A stretch of DNA of 51,461 bases, filler included, from Diploschistes diacapsis (lineage: Eukaryota): NCBI GenBank assembly GCA_023645945.1. It is 3 parts of 3 records of this genome, joined end to end, with 100 filler letters (N's around TTAATTAATTAA, not from the genome) between each part and the next. Parts side by side here need not be neighbours in the genome. Positions count along the whole stretch, not along the records: positions 34,381 to 51,461 come from JALAIB010000472.1; 2 more parts are not named here. One strand, 5' to 3'. The translations under genes were made by a program, and so were the position numbers. Below the pieces are notes generated by a model, which was given only the letters and a program-made list of their open reading frames with translations, searched no databases and was not told the DNA's origin. Positions 35,602-48,079 of this stretch are shown piece after piece. Position 1 is the first letter of the stretch. Each line of letters begins with the position of its first letter.

Positions 35602-38600
35602 ATGTCTCAGACTGACGGCAACTTCAGCGGATTAGACGATGATGACTTGATGATTGCTGCCACTCAAGTTGAGTATGGATTCAGTCCTTCAGATGAACAG
35701 GCGTCTCCCCGCGCTCGTAAGCGCAGGCGATTGGACGGCCCAACAACGGGTGCTCACTTGGGCTCTCATGGAAGCGAAGATGTGCTGCAGCTTCATGAAA
35801 ATTCTCCTCAAAGCTCACAGAACATTTTCGTGACTCAAGATTCTAAGCGTGCGGAAGAAGCAAAGGAAGATGGCCAGCCTGCCACACTGGATCAGAAGGC
35901 GCAATTCAAACACAGAATACACATCCCCAAGAATGCCGAGTTACCTGATGATATATTCCGCACGCAGATCTCGAGATCCTCTGAGAGTCCATATCGAATA
36001 CGTGCAGGAATATGGCAGAAACGCAAGCCTCCTCCGACCCCAGAGGCCACAGATGAAGGGAATGGATCTTCTTATGAGCGGAGCATAGACGCAGAAGCTA
36101 TCGCACAAGCTCGAATCAAATACAAAGCTTCCGAAACCAAGGCTACGGATGGTAGAGCGCGAATGCAACACCCGGCCATATGCATCGAGGAAGAGTTAGC
36201 AGATTTACCGTCTGATGCCTTCTCGTCGCCAGACCGCGCGCAAGATGCAATTGAAATTCATTCTCAAAAAGAATACGAAGGAGAATGGCAGGATAATGTT
36301 GGATTAATACAAAGAGTAACTGCTCCTCACACAAATCTCCGCCAAACTACTCTTTTTGGCACACAAGCCCCGGCGTGCTCATCGCAGGTTCAATCGCAGT
36401 CAAACAGAAAACGCAATTGGCCTTTGGCCAACAAAGATGGGCCTCCTACACACCACAAGCTTGAGGGTGCTGCACTGCGGACATGGGTATATCCTACCAA
36501 TCTTGGATCGATCCGTGACTACCAGTTCAACATCGTTGCTCGTGGATTATATCACAATCTGCTCGTGGCTCTACCAACAGGTCTAGGGAAAACGTTCATC
36601 GCAGCTACTATTATGCTCAATTGGTTCCGATGGACGAAGGACTCTCAGATCGTCTTCGTTGCCCCGACCAAACCACTGGTGTCACAGCAGGTTGAAGCAT
36701 GTTTCAACATCGCTGGCATACCGAGATCTGCTACCACACTCTTGACAGGCAATACTCCACCGGGTATTAGAGCCGAGGAGTGGTCTAACAAGCGCGTCTT
36801 CTTCATGACACCTCAAACGATCGTCAATGATCTCAAGACGGGAATTTGCGATCCTAAGCGGATAGTGTTAGTGGTGGTAGATGAGGCTCATCGAGCAACG
36901 GGTAGCTACGCATATGTTGAAGTTGTTAAGTTCTTACGACGCTTCAACACAAGTTTTCGGGTCCTGGGGCTTACTGCCACTCCTGGCTCGAGCGTGGAGA
37001 GCGTTCAGGAAGTTATAGATGGACTGGGCATTTCTCGTGTTGAAATACGAACAGAAGAATCACTCGATATCCGCCAATATGTCCACCCAAGGAAAGTCGA
37101 AACAATTACATTTGAAAACTCCGATGATATAGTATGGATCATGGATAACTTTTCAAAGGTGCTCCAGCCTCTGGTTGACAAGCTTAGGGGCATGAATGCC
37201 TATTGGAGCAGAGATCCAATGACATTGACGGCGTATGGATGCATGCAGAATCGGCAAAGATGGATGGCATCTGATGCTGGGAGGAAGTCAAATATGGGGA
37301 TTAAGGGAATGGTCAACTCCATCTTCAATGTTCTTGCTAGTCTTGCGCACGCTATCGAGCTCCTGAAGTTCCATGGAATCGTTCCTTTCTATCACAAGCT
37401 CAAGACTTTCCAGCAAGAGCCGATGGGTGGAGGCGAAAAAGGCAGTAAGTACCGCAGACAGGTCACCGAGCACGCAAATTTCAAGCAGCTAATGGACCGC
37501 CTTAAACACTGGATTCTGAGGACCGATTTTATTGGTCATCCCAAGTTAGAATACTTGCAAGGAGTCATACTGGAGCATTTCATTTCAGTCAGCGAGGGAC
37601 GGAATGAGAACCCAAACATTTCTCCAGCTCGAACCAGGATCATGGTGTTTGCTCATTACCGAGACAGTGCTGAGGAGATTGTCCGGGTACTCAACCGGAA
37701 CAGCCCTATGATCCGTCCTCGAGTTTTCGTTGGTCAAGCGCATTCCAGTGGTTCTGAAGGGATGGATCAAAAGAAACAGCTCCAGGCTATCGAGGACTTT
37801 AAAGCGGGAAAATTCAACACTCTTGTAGCGACCTCAATTGGTGAAGAAGGTCTCGACATTGGAGAAGTCGACCTGATCGTCTGCTATGACGCATCTGCTT
37901 CGCCAATTCGAATGCTGCAGCGTATGGGACGGACAGGTAGAAAGCGTGCCGGTAATATCGTAGTACTCCTAATGAAAGGCAAGGAAGAATCGAGTTTCAT
38001 ACAGGCCAAGGACAATTATGAGAAGATGCAAAGCATGATCGCAGCTGGCACAAGGTTCACTTTTCACGACGGCTTGTCGCCACGTATCATTCCGCGAGAA
38101 GTACAACCTGTCGTTGACAAAAGAAGTGTTGATATTCCTATCGAGAACACTCAAGGGGAGCTTCCAGAACCCAAAAAGCGCGGAAGGCCCCCAAAGCGAC
38201 CACCGAAGAAGTTTCACATGCCCGATAATGTTCACACCGGCTTCACCAGAGCTTCTCACCTTGATGAGGGTAGCGAAAGCGAGGACCCGGCAAGATCGTC
38301 ACCAAGAACAAAACCACCGAGACCGAGAACCCCAACCCCTGAACCAATTCCACCCCTTGATAAAGTGCTGCTCAGCGCCGCGGAGCAGAAGATCTTAGAA
38401 CGCTCCTACCTACATATTTCCGGGGAAACCCCTGAGACTGTTGAATTTCCACGACTAGATGCCTTTCCCGCCATGCAACGTATTTCCAGGCCGACGGTGT
38501 TGCTGAAGCACGGCAAAGCCAGCGAGCGATTAGTCAATACTATGAAAGCCATAAGCCAGACAACAATGGAGACCATTGAACGTTGGAGGCAGCGATACGA

Positions 38601-39108
38601 TCCATCGGACTCTCTATTAACATCAACAGCGCCTGCCGAAAGCTCTCACAATTCACAGCATGCGGTATTGCATGATTCAACATCTTCGTCTACAAGGGGC
38701 TTGGCGATTGATGCTCGGACGCACCCATCTGATGACGGTCCTGATGTGGCTTACGGGTCAGTTGGAGATAGGCCTGATTCGTCAGAAGAACAGGACGAAG
38801 AATCGGATAGCGAGTTGGCAAATTTCATCGATGACACCATCATCACTCCGGGCACCGAGTCGAGAGAGGAAGCTGCTTCATCGTTTTCTTCCGTAGCTCC
38901 TCTCGATTCCATAAAGAAGAGGCAATTCTATGTTTCACCAAAAAGGGTAGAAACTGAGTTTGACTCGAGCCAGGACTTGCCCGCTATTAGTACTCTCGTT
39001 GGCAGGAAAGGCTTGCTGCCTTCCCGAAAAAGTATGGAAGAGGTTGCTAGAGTATCAAACGGCCGCAAAAGACGAAGGGCTGTGGTTGACAGCGACAGTG
39101 ACGAGTAA
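35602..39108 (+). CDS. MPH1: FANCM/Mph1 DEAH-box DNA helicase (single exon)
   Basis: WVYPTNLGSIRDYQFNIV, LPTGLGKT, DEAHRATG, LTATPG, HPKLE, ATSIGEEGLDIGEVD, QRMGRTGRKR. Confidence 0.96.
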   Translation: MSQTDGNFSGLDDDDLMIAATQVEYGFSPSDEQASPRARKRRRLDGPTTGAHLGSHGSEDVLQLHENSPQSSQNIFVTQDSKRAEEAKEDGQPATLDQKAQFKHRIHIPKNAELPDDIFRTQISRSSESPYRIRAGIWQKRKPPPTPEATDEGNGSSYERSIDAEAIAQARIKYKASETKATDGRARMQHPAICIEEELADLPSDAFSSPDRAQDAIEIHSQKEYEGEWQDNVGLIQRVTAPHTNLRQTTLFGTQAPACSSQVQSQSNRKRNWPLANKDGPPTHHKLEGAALRTWVYPTNLGSIRDYQFNIVARGLYHNLLVALPTGLGKTFIAATIMLNWFRWTKDSQIVFVAPTKPLVSQQVEACFNIAGIPRSATTLLTGNTPPGIRAEEWSNKRVFFMTPQTIVNDLKTGICDPKRIVLVVVDEAHRATGSYAYVEVVKFLRRFNTSFRVLGLTATPGSSVESVQEVIDGLGISRVEIRTEESLDIRQYVHPRKVETITFENSDDIVWIMDNFSKVLQPLVDKLRGMNAYWSRDPMTLTAYGCMQNRQRWMASDAGRKSNMGIKGMVNSIFNVLASLAHAIELLKFHGIVPFYHKLKTFQQEPMGGGEKGSKYRRQVTEHANFKQLMDRLKHWILRTDFIGHPKLEYLQGVILEHFISVSEGRNENPNISPARTRIMVFAHYRDSAEEIVRVLNRNSPMIRPRVFVGQAHSSGSEGMDQKKQLQAIEDFKAGKFNTLVATSIGEEGLDIGEVDLIVCYDASASPIRMLQRMGRTGRKRAGNIVVLLMKGKEESSFIQAKDNYEKMQSMIAAGTRFTFHDGLSPRIIPREVQPVVDKRSVDIPIENTQGELPEPKKRGRPPKRPPKKFHMPDNVHTGFTRASHLDEGSESEDPARSSPRTKPPRPRTPTPEPIPPLDKVLLSAAEQKILERSYLHISGETPETVEFPRLDAFPAMQRISRPTVLLKHGKASERLVNTMKAISQTTMETIERWRQRYDPSDSLLTSTAPAESSHNSQHAVLHDSTSSSTRGLAIDARTHPSDDGPDVAYGSVGDRPDSSEEQDEESDSELANFIDDTIITPGTESREEAASSFSSVAPLDSIKKRQFYVSPKRVETEFDSSQDLPAISTLVGRKGLLPSRKSMEEVARVSNGRKRRRAVVDSDSDE

Positions 39109-39620
39109 TGACTTTGTAGGTGACATTATGGACTTTTCATAGGCGCCTTTTTCTCTAGTGAGAGTTTCAGTGTTCAGCTTGGAAATTGGGTAGTCAGCAC
39201 GACTTTTAGATTAATTCCAATAACATCAACGTCGTGGTATGGAGTGTCATGACTCATGCATCTTATTCAGATTTATGATCGATAGTTCATCGCATTGAAA
39301 TTTGTTGCTGTTCCCCCTTTTATGCTTGCGTGAAGCATCCAAAGTATCAGATGCCGCAGCATTAACCCAGAGGTCCAAGTGCTGACCTAGCACTACTGCT
39401 GTGTACCCATTTACAGGTAGATTAAGAAAGAAAAAGACTCCAAGCAGCGCATCTGCATTCGAGGCACAAAAAGCATCCATTCCGACAAGCCCTTAGAAGG
39501 AGCAGCAGCCAGCTCTAGATATCCTCTTCAGCTGCATAAATACTATCGCTCAACTTAAAATCCCAATTCCCCTCCCACCACCAGCTCTCATCCGCATCTC
39601 ACGTGCTTGTTTGCCTGTGC

Positions 39621-40188
39621 TTATTTCGCAGCATCACTCACCAGATCCACAACCGCCGCCCAGGCGAAAAAGAATGCCATTACAGCCGCCAGTCCCGCGA
39701 CGCTTTTGCCATCCGTGCAGAACCCTGTGGCGCTGCCGTCAGCCACGGAGGCGGCTGCTATCCAAAGCACCATGAATAAGAGGTCGATAGCCGATTGGAC
39801 GAGCTTGCCCAGACCCCGTCTGCGCGGGTTTTGTACATTGATGGGAGCGTTAGCCAGGGAGAGAAAGATAGAGGCTGGGATGGTCAACGTAGCCTAGAAA
39901 TCATGTCAATGACCAGGGCAAGGAAGCATGGAGAGGTAAGGACAGGAGAACATTGGTACGTACGCAAGCAACGATGTAGCCCAATTGCCCCGACACGGCG
40001 TATTCGTAACCCTTGAAAGTGGAGATGTATGATGCTGTCAGGCCTAGTATGCCGGCGCTGAGCGTAAGCGTGAAGACGCGGTTGAAGAGGAGGGCGAGGC
40101 GGGCTTTGTGGGAGGGGAGTCGTTGGGACCGTGAGTTGGCCAGCGAGTTGGGAGGAGTGGAGCGCTTTTCCGAACCGAAACCGCGCAT
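39621..40188 (-). CDS. Small four-TM membrane protein (MARVEL-like); intron 39963-39894
   Basis: GTACGT...CTAG intron joins two hydrophobic ORFs; DLLFMVLWIAAAS pattern typical of fungal MARVEL-like proteins. Confidence 0.6.
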
Positions 40189-40698
40189 GCTTGTAGAGGT
40201 TCTATATCAAAGGAGTTTTGAGGAGAAATCAAGGCCTTGAGCCTTTGCGGGCGTTGTATAGTTTTCGTTGCATTACCGGTTTCGAAAGAGCGTTCTGATA
40301 ACAGGGATTATTATTGACTTGAAAAGCAGGATGCAGCCATTTTGGGTTTGGCGGATTTTCCTGCTCGACCTTCTAGTTTTACGTCATTGTAGCGATGAGC
40401 TAGCACAAGTGACTACAGGAGACCTGCATTGGCAATCAGACACAACTCTTGTTGGATCGAGATTGTTCCAATGCTCAATTGAAGCTCCCATCGAACCTGT
40501 ACATCTTTCTTCAGAGTCAATTGAATGATGGCGGAAGCATTACAGGGTGGCAGTTCCGCAGATAGCCGCACTGCCTTTCCCCACTCATAGTGGCACCGAA
40601 GGAAGGGAATGTATATCACACAAAAGAGCTTCTGGAGCTTCCACGACATCTCCAAAAGCCTGTTCTACTATTCCTCTCCAATTCTTTATATCAGATAG

Positions 40699-42554
40699 AT
40701 GGCTTCACGGTGCCTAGCCATGAGGGCCATTCCTACCCTGACAAGAGCTAGAGCAGTACCACGAGCAGTTGTTCCGTGTCGACTGAGTAGGAACAATAAC
40801 ACATCTCGGTCTTTGCATACCACACCAAGGATGGCGCGAGCAACTGCAAGCGCTCAGGCAGTATCAGACCCGAACGATTTCCAGACGCATCACGCCCCTG
40901 TTCGGGACCCCAAAGACGCTACGAACTTTATAAACAACGTTGCTGTTCCCTCCAAAGCGGATAAATGGTTCGAAATCCACGACCCTGCCACAAACGATGT
41001 GGTCTCTCGAGCGCCTCAGACAACGACCGAGGAGCTCAAGGCCGCGGTGAAGAGCGCACAAAAAGCCTTTCCAGGATGGAAGGCAACAACGCTTTTGCAT
41101 CGCCAGCAGGTCATGTTCAAATTTGTTGCTCTGATCCGGCAGCATTGGGACCGATTGGCAGCTAGCATTACCTTGGAGCAAGGCAAGACTTTTGCAGACG
41201 CCAAGGGCGATGTGCTGCGCGGCCTACAGGTCGCGGAGACTGCATGTGGAATCACTACGGATCTACACGGAGAGGTCCTCGAGGTGGCAGCAAATATGGA
41301 GACGAGGACGTACAAGGAGCCGTTGGGAGTTGTGGCGGGCATTTGCCCTTTTAGTAAGATGGCCTTCTCGTCGGCACTCGCGGAGTTAATATAGCGTAGA
41401 CTTCCCTGCCATGGTTCCATTGTGGTCCCTTCCCATCGCCGTCGTTACTGGTAATTGCATCATCCTCAAGCCCTCCGAGCGGGATCCCGGCGCCTGTATG
41501 ATTCTCGCCGAGCTTGCTCGCGAAGCTGGTTTTCCACCGGGCGTCTTCAACATTGTACACGGCGGCGCTCCAACTGTTGACTTCATTATCGACGAGCCTG
41601 CTATCAAAGCCATTTCTTTTGTAGGATCCAACAAAGCAGGCGAGTACATTTACCGGCGCGGCTCCGAGCAAGGCAAGCGGGTCCAAGCCAATCTTGGGGC
41701 CAAGAACCATGCTGCCGTTCTTCCTGATGCGAGCAAGAACACTGCTATTAACGGAATTGTGGGTGCCGCATTCGGTGCCGCAGGGCAGCGCTGCATGGCG
41801 CTTAGCACCATCGTCACGGTCGGCGAGACTAAGGAATGGATCTCAGAGATAGCAGAGAAGGCTAAAGCTCTCAAAGTCGGCGGTGGTTTCGAAGAAGGCA
41901 CAGATATTGGCCCTGTCATAAGTCCTCAAGCGAAAGAACGCATCGAAAGTGTCATCGCTAGCGCGGAAGAAGAGGGTGCTACCATCCTACTGGACGGCAG
42001 AAACTTCAAGGACAATAAATACCCTAAGGGCAACTTCGTAAGCTTCTCTTTTCCCAATATTCCAGCTACTACCCTTCCACCCTTCCTCCCTCATCTCAAA
42101 CTTCCGCATAACTCACTTCTCCCTTCCTCTCCAGATCGGTCCCACCATAATCACGGACGTCAAACCCCACATGCGCTGCTACACCGAAGAAATCTTTGGC
42201 CCCGTCCTCGTCTGCCTCTCCGTGGACACACTCGACGCCGCCATCAACCTCATCAACGCCAACGAGTACGGCAACGGCGCCGCCATCTTCACCCGGAGCG
42301 GTGCCGCCGCCAACCACTTCCAAAAGCACATCGAGGCCGGCCAAGTGGGACTGAACGTGCCCATTCCTGTACCACTGCCGGCGTTCTCTTTTACGGGGAA
42401 CAAGAAGAGTATCGCGGGGGGAGGCATGTTGACGTTCTATGGGAAGCCGGGGCTGATGTTCTACACGCAGACGAAGACGGTGACGACGCTGTGGAGGGAG
42501 GAGGATGCGCATGTGGCGGAGAAGGCGAGCGTAGCGATGCCGACGCAGAGCTGA
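40699..42554 (+). CDS. Methylmalonate-semialdehyde dehydrogenase (ALDH6 family), mitochondrial; introns 41354-41399, 42038-42134
   Basis: Arg-rich presequence, EQGKTFADAKGDVLRGLQV, PFNFPAMVPLW, KPSERDPG, ANLGAKNH, AAFGAAGQRCMA, EEIFGPV. Confidence 0.95.
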
Positions 42555-42937
42555 GGGGTGATGGGAGTCATAGAACGGGGAGAAAAGATGAAAGGGAAGT
42601 TAGTATTGGGAGCGCGTATTGGAAGTTGGTGGTTGGCGGCGGGCATGAGGACGCCTGAAGCCCCAAGGGATGTGCCAGTGACGAGGGGGATGCGAAGTAA
42701 GCTTCTATATACCCGGCCTAACAAATAGGGAAGACTTTGTGAAGGGCGCTTCATAGCATGCTTTGCATAGCAGCATCCTTCCACAAATAAAAATGTACAT
42801 TGCTACTGTCTCCTAACCATCGCTTAGAGCCTCCCGTTAGACTTTTCCCGTCTTCTACCTCGATGCTCTCGAAACACGCTAACATGTGCCCGCGCAGCGT
42901 CGTAGTTCTACCAGTACTGTACAGTATCTCGACACGC

Positions 42938-44162
42938 TCACATGTCCTCCGAAGCAGTGGCACCCGTGATAATCTCCACCAGTTCACCCGTGATGACGGC
43001 TTGGCGCGTACGGTTGAACAGGATCTGGAACTTGTTGATCATGTCGCCGGCGTTCTTTGAGGCGTTCTGTTTCGATCATCAGTACACAGGAGAATAGATA
43101 ATTAGGTTCGTGAATTTTGCTAAGTCAGCGGCAAGAGAAGGACAAGCGAAAGTGGATGTCATGTGCTCAGATATCAAGCCAATAGTAATGGGGAACCAGC
43201 AAGGAAGGTACACTCGGTCGAATTGCAATGTAACAAAGAATAGTGGGACGGTTCGGAGTACTTACGTCCATGGCGTTTCGACGTGCAGATTGTTCGCATG
43301 CGTGGCCTTCCGCAAGAGCCCAGAAGAGAGAGTTGGAAAGAGCATATTCTCTCATGTTAACAAGGACGGCATCATCGATTTCGAAGGCGGAGAAGTTGGC
43401 TAGGAGACTTTAGTTAGTGCTTGGATGTCATGATTCGATTCGACCCTTACGAGATTGGAGGATGGCTTCTTCCGAGTACGCTTCGATGGGAGTTGGCTCG
43501 TAGCTCTGCGCATTAACGAACTTATTGTAAAGAATTTGAATGCTCGAGTAATCCGTCGGTAGCAGAGAGATCTGATCAGCAATGGCTTGAGCGTCGGCGA
43601 AAGTAGGCACGTCTTTGCCAACACCAGCAAAGCTGAGCACCATCTTCTGGGCATTTGAACGACTGAGCTGTGCCTTTGATTTTTCGCCAACGACGGCAAT
43701 GTCCGCATCTGGATTCTCTTCTAACATTCGGCGTGTTCTCCTCGTCAGACCGGAGTGGATACCACCACAGAGCCCCTTGTCGGAGCTGCAGACCACAATC
43801 AACGTCTTCTTGCTTTCACCTTCCAAACGCTTCGTCTCGGCTTTTTCGAAGACGGTGTTCGATGTCTGACCGTAGCTTCGTGACTCGGTCATTGCTTTTT
43901 GGGCTCGTGCCATCTTTGTCGAGGCCACGATCTTCATGGTCTTGGTGATTTTCTCGATGTTGCGAATCGATTTGAGACGATCCTCAATTTCGCGGAGCGT
44001 AGCATATTTGGCAACATTGATAGTAGAAGGTCTGGTAAGTGTTTAGTATTGCTCGACTTAATAGCTTCAAGATGTTGATGCATCAGAGGAAGCTTTTCCA
44101 ACATACCTGACCGCTGCGGTTGCGCCGGCCTTTAGAATCGGGCGAGCAGTCTTTGAGAGCAT
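42938..44162 (-). CDS. ATP3: Mitochondrial ATP synthase F1 gamma subunit; exons 44162-44107, 44031-43451, 43399-43266, 43066-42938
   Basis: [71 protein letters not shown]. Confidence 0.98.
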
Positions 44163-44638
44163 CGTGGATGATAAAGAGTGGGAGAGTCGATAGGAGAGAA
44201 AGATGGGACAATTAACGCAAAGAAGGAGCCTGTCGTAGACAAATGTAGCTGCTGGTGACCTTGATCTTCAATCGAGGTGCTGGAGAACAAGCTACGACGC
44301 TAGTTCTGATTCAGTCTAGCGGTAAAGCCATTCCAAGCGCATCCTTCCAGACCTTCTTCTGGAGAAATATATGTGGTTGTTCGCCCGCCCGACGTCCACC
44401 ATTTCCACACCCGCCTTTTTGCTATTCTCAACGTCCTCTCTCGGTTTTGTTTGTCTTCATCTATCCCTTTCTGTATTTAGCGTTTTGTATTCTTCGCGAC
44501 ATGACTCACAGTCTCTACCGGTGACTCTGGTTGCAAAGAGTCCTCGTCCTGCCTCGCTTTCGTCCTCGCCATTGTCCTCGACGTCAATACTACCTACCCA
44601 CTGAACAACAGCTGAACTACGTGTTCAAGCAAGCAAAC

Positions 44639-44795
44639 ATGAGTTCCTCAGACGATGATATGCCATTAGCGGGGCCAAATGGCGCCCATTCACATAATAG
44701 CAATGGTAAGTTCCTATTGAGTTCCTCAATACCTATTGTTCCCTTGTCAACTATCCGACACACCATAAGCATTCTCCCTCAATGCCCTCCTCACT

Positions 44796-44827
<32 letters not shown>

Positions 44828-47800
44828 TCACTTTGTATGAGATCGCTTCCCCACCCCATCTATCAATCTGCTCAAATCAAACTACAAATGGCTACGATCT
44901 TTGCGCAAATTAAAAGGTGGGAGAAGCAACAGGACGTACTTCGGCAAGAGAAGGAAGTACGTATCAAGTTGAAGAAAGACCTTCGAGAAAAGGAGAAGGT
45001 CAAAGCGGACAAAGATGCAGAACAAAAAAAGGAGCTCGGGGAATACCATTTCAAAGCCAATATTCCTCCTAGTTCAAGCAAGCGTTCTGAGCTCGGCACT
45101 TACGATCAAGCAGGCAAAGCGCCCAAGTCAAATGATAAGATTCCAAAGAGCCTTGACCGCGCCATGGGCAATTCGACCTCCAAGAACAACGAGGTGAAAC
45201 CGGGCATATCTGTCAGATATGGGCCGGTGGATGAAATGGATGTTAACAGTCTTAACGCTAAAGGCGTCGTAAATAGTACAGCAAATGCGAAACGCAAGTC
45301 TCGCTCAAGCGTTGTCAACTCTAAGAGTTACAAGGAAGCAAGCAGTGAGAACGAAGACAACAGACCCATAGTAAAGCATTTGCTCCATTCTATATAGATC
45401 GAGACTGATGTGTCTCTCAGGCGAAGAAGCGGAGAACAAAAAGCACAGTAATCGAGTCGGACTCTGATGATGAACCACTTTTTGGGAAAACCAGTAGTGG
45501 GAAGGTTACTGCCGCGAAAAAGCCACCTGCGCTTAAAGAGACATCACTAGGCGATCCGGAGGGTGACTCGGATGTGCCTTTGGGTAAGAAGCTACAAGAG
45601 CAGAAAGCGGCAATTGAAAAGCGCGCCGAGAATGAGAGCAAAGCAATCAAGGATCAAGAGAAGAAGGCTTCGGCACAGAAAGCGACTCCTGCAAAATTTA
45701 AAAAGAGGGCCAAGGAGGACGACAGTGACGGTGAGCTCATTGTCAGGAAGAAGCAGCAGCCGAACGGTGTAAAGACCTCAGCTAAGAAGCCAGCGAATCC
45801 CGTCAAAAAGGAAGAGTCGGACGATGACATGCCACTCGTACGCAGATCCTCAGCGAAGAAGCCGATCAAGAGAGAGGCTTCGACGACCTCAGCCAAGAAA
45901 GATGTCAAGAAAGAAGCGAGGAAGGACACAAAGAGAGCCGTAAAAGCAAAGACCGCTGAAGATGAAGATGCTGAGGATGATGAAGAAGAGTACCGCTGGT
46001 GGGAAGCCCCAGATCACGGTGATGGCACGATCAAGTGGACGACCCTCGAGCACAATGGCGTCGTGTTTCCACCTCCCTACGAACCTTTACCTAAGAGTGT
46101 CAAAATGAAGTACGATGGTACCCCAGTTATTATGCACAAGGACGCTGAGGAAGTTGCTGGCTTCTTTGGCGCTATGCTCAACTCTGCCCACAACGTCGAG
46201 AACCCGACCTTCCAGAAGAATTTCTTCAACGACTTCAAGAAGATCCTCAAAGAGACTAAAGGTGCAACTGACAAGCAGGGCAACAAGGTAGATATCAAAG
46301 AATTTGCCAAGTGCGACTTCACACCAATTTTTGAATACTACAATGCAGAGCGTGAGAAGAAGAAGGCTCTTTCCAAAGCAGAGAAGAATGCGATGAAAGT
46401 TCAGAAAGATGAAGCTGAGGCTCCCTTCATGTACTGTAAATGGGATGGTCGCAAGCAGAAGGTTGGCAATTTCCGGGTTGAACCCCCAAGTCTGTTTCGT
46501 GGGCGTGGTGAGCATCCGAAGACGGGCATGGTAAAGAAGCGCGTTATGCCAGAGCAAATTACCATCAATATTGGCAAAGAAGCTCCGGTCCCAAAGGCAC
46601 CCAATGGTCACAAGTGGAAGGAAGTCAAGCATGACCAGGAAGGCACTTGGCTTGCAATGTGGCAGGAAAACATCAACGGTGCCTACAAATATGTCATGCT
46701 TGCAGCGAATTCCGATGTTAAGGGAAAGAGTGACTACTCAAAGTTTGAGAAAGCTAGAGAGCTGAAGGTGGGTACCAAAGTCAATCAGATTAATGGTAGC
46801 TGACTGTTATTAGAAACATATTGCTTCGATCCGCAAGGATTACCGCCGAGAACTGAGGTCCGAGGTCATGGCAGACCGCCAACGCGCCACGGCTGTCTAT
46901 CTCATTGACCAATTTGCGCTACGTGCTGGTAATGAAAAGGGCGAAGATGAAGCAGACACTGTTGGATGCTGCTCTCTGAAATTCGAGCATGTCACTCTGA
47001 AACCACCCAACAAGGTCATCTTCGACTTCTTGGGTAAGGATAGTATTCGATTCTACGATGAGGTTGAGGTGGATGAACAGGTCTTCAAGAACCTCAAGAT
47101 CTTCAAGAAGACGCCCAAAGGACCGGGTGATGAGATCTTCGATCGTCTTACGGTAAGTGCTCGTGAACGCTATCGCATAACCCCGGTTTGCTAAGACGGT
47201 TGCAGACCTCTAGCTTGAATAAGCATCTCTCGAGTTATATGTCCGGGCTCACTGCCAAGGTCTTTCGTACTTATAATGCTTCATTCACGATGGCCAATCT
47301 TCTTAAAGACATGAAGTCCACCGGCACAATCCCCGAAAAGGTCAAGGACTATAACGACGCCAACCGTCGCGTTGCCATTCTTTGCAACCACAAACGTACC
47401 GTCACTGCCGGGCACGCCGGTCAGATGGTGAAGCTGGAGGACAAGATCAAGGGCCTCATCTACCAGAGGTGGCGCTTGAAGCAGATGCTTCTCGATGTCG
47501 ATCCGAAACAGAAGAGGAAGAGGGGCGCCGAGTATTTCGAGCTCGACGAAGAATTGGACAAAGACTGGGTCAAGGAGCACCAGACGGCCCTGGTGGAAGA
47601 GCAGCGCCAGAAGATCGAGAAGAAGTTTGCCAAGGAAAACGAGAAGCTGGTTGCCGAAGGAAAGAAAGAGATGAAGAAGAAAGAGTTAGACGAGCGCCTC
47701 GAAGTGGCCGACGAGCTAGCAACGAAGTTCAAGAAGGAGAACAAGACCGGCAAGGTGGAGGCCGAGGGCAAAGGTCCCAGCGTTGATAAGATCGACGCGA

Positions 47801-48079
47801 ATATTGAGAAGGTAGAAACGCGCATTTCGAACATGAAGCTTCAAGCAGAGGATAAGGAGAGCAACAAGGAGGTTGCCCTGGGCACATCGAAGATTGTAAG
47901 TTCTTGTGCAAACGGGGGCTCACGTCAGCGCTAACCCTGTTCAGAACTATATCGATCCCCGCCTCACAGTTGTCTTTTCCAAGAAGTTCAACGTCCCGAT
48001 CGAAAAGTTCTTCTCCAGGACGCTCCGCGAGAAATTCGATTGGGCTATCAAGTCCGTCGACGAGGACTGGGAGTTCTGA
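44639..48079 (+). CDS. TOP1: DNA topoisomerase I; introns 44706-45113, 45371-45420, 46768-46813, 47153-47205, 47896-47944
   Basis: [62 protein letters not shown], catalytic SKINYIDPR. Confidence 0.97.
44797..44829. repeat. (CTTT)n microsatellite inside TOP1 intron 1
   Basis: Visible tandem CTTT units. Confidence 0.9.

Noticed and set aside
43067..43265. 199-nt ATP3 intron as a snoRNA host
   Set aside because: The only TGATGA overlaps the branch region near the acceptor; no convincing C/D or H/ACA layout.
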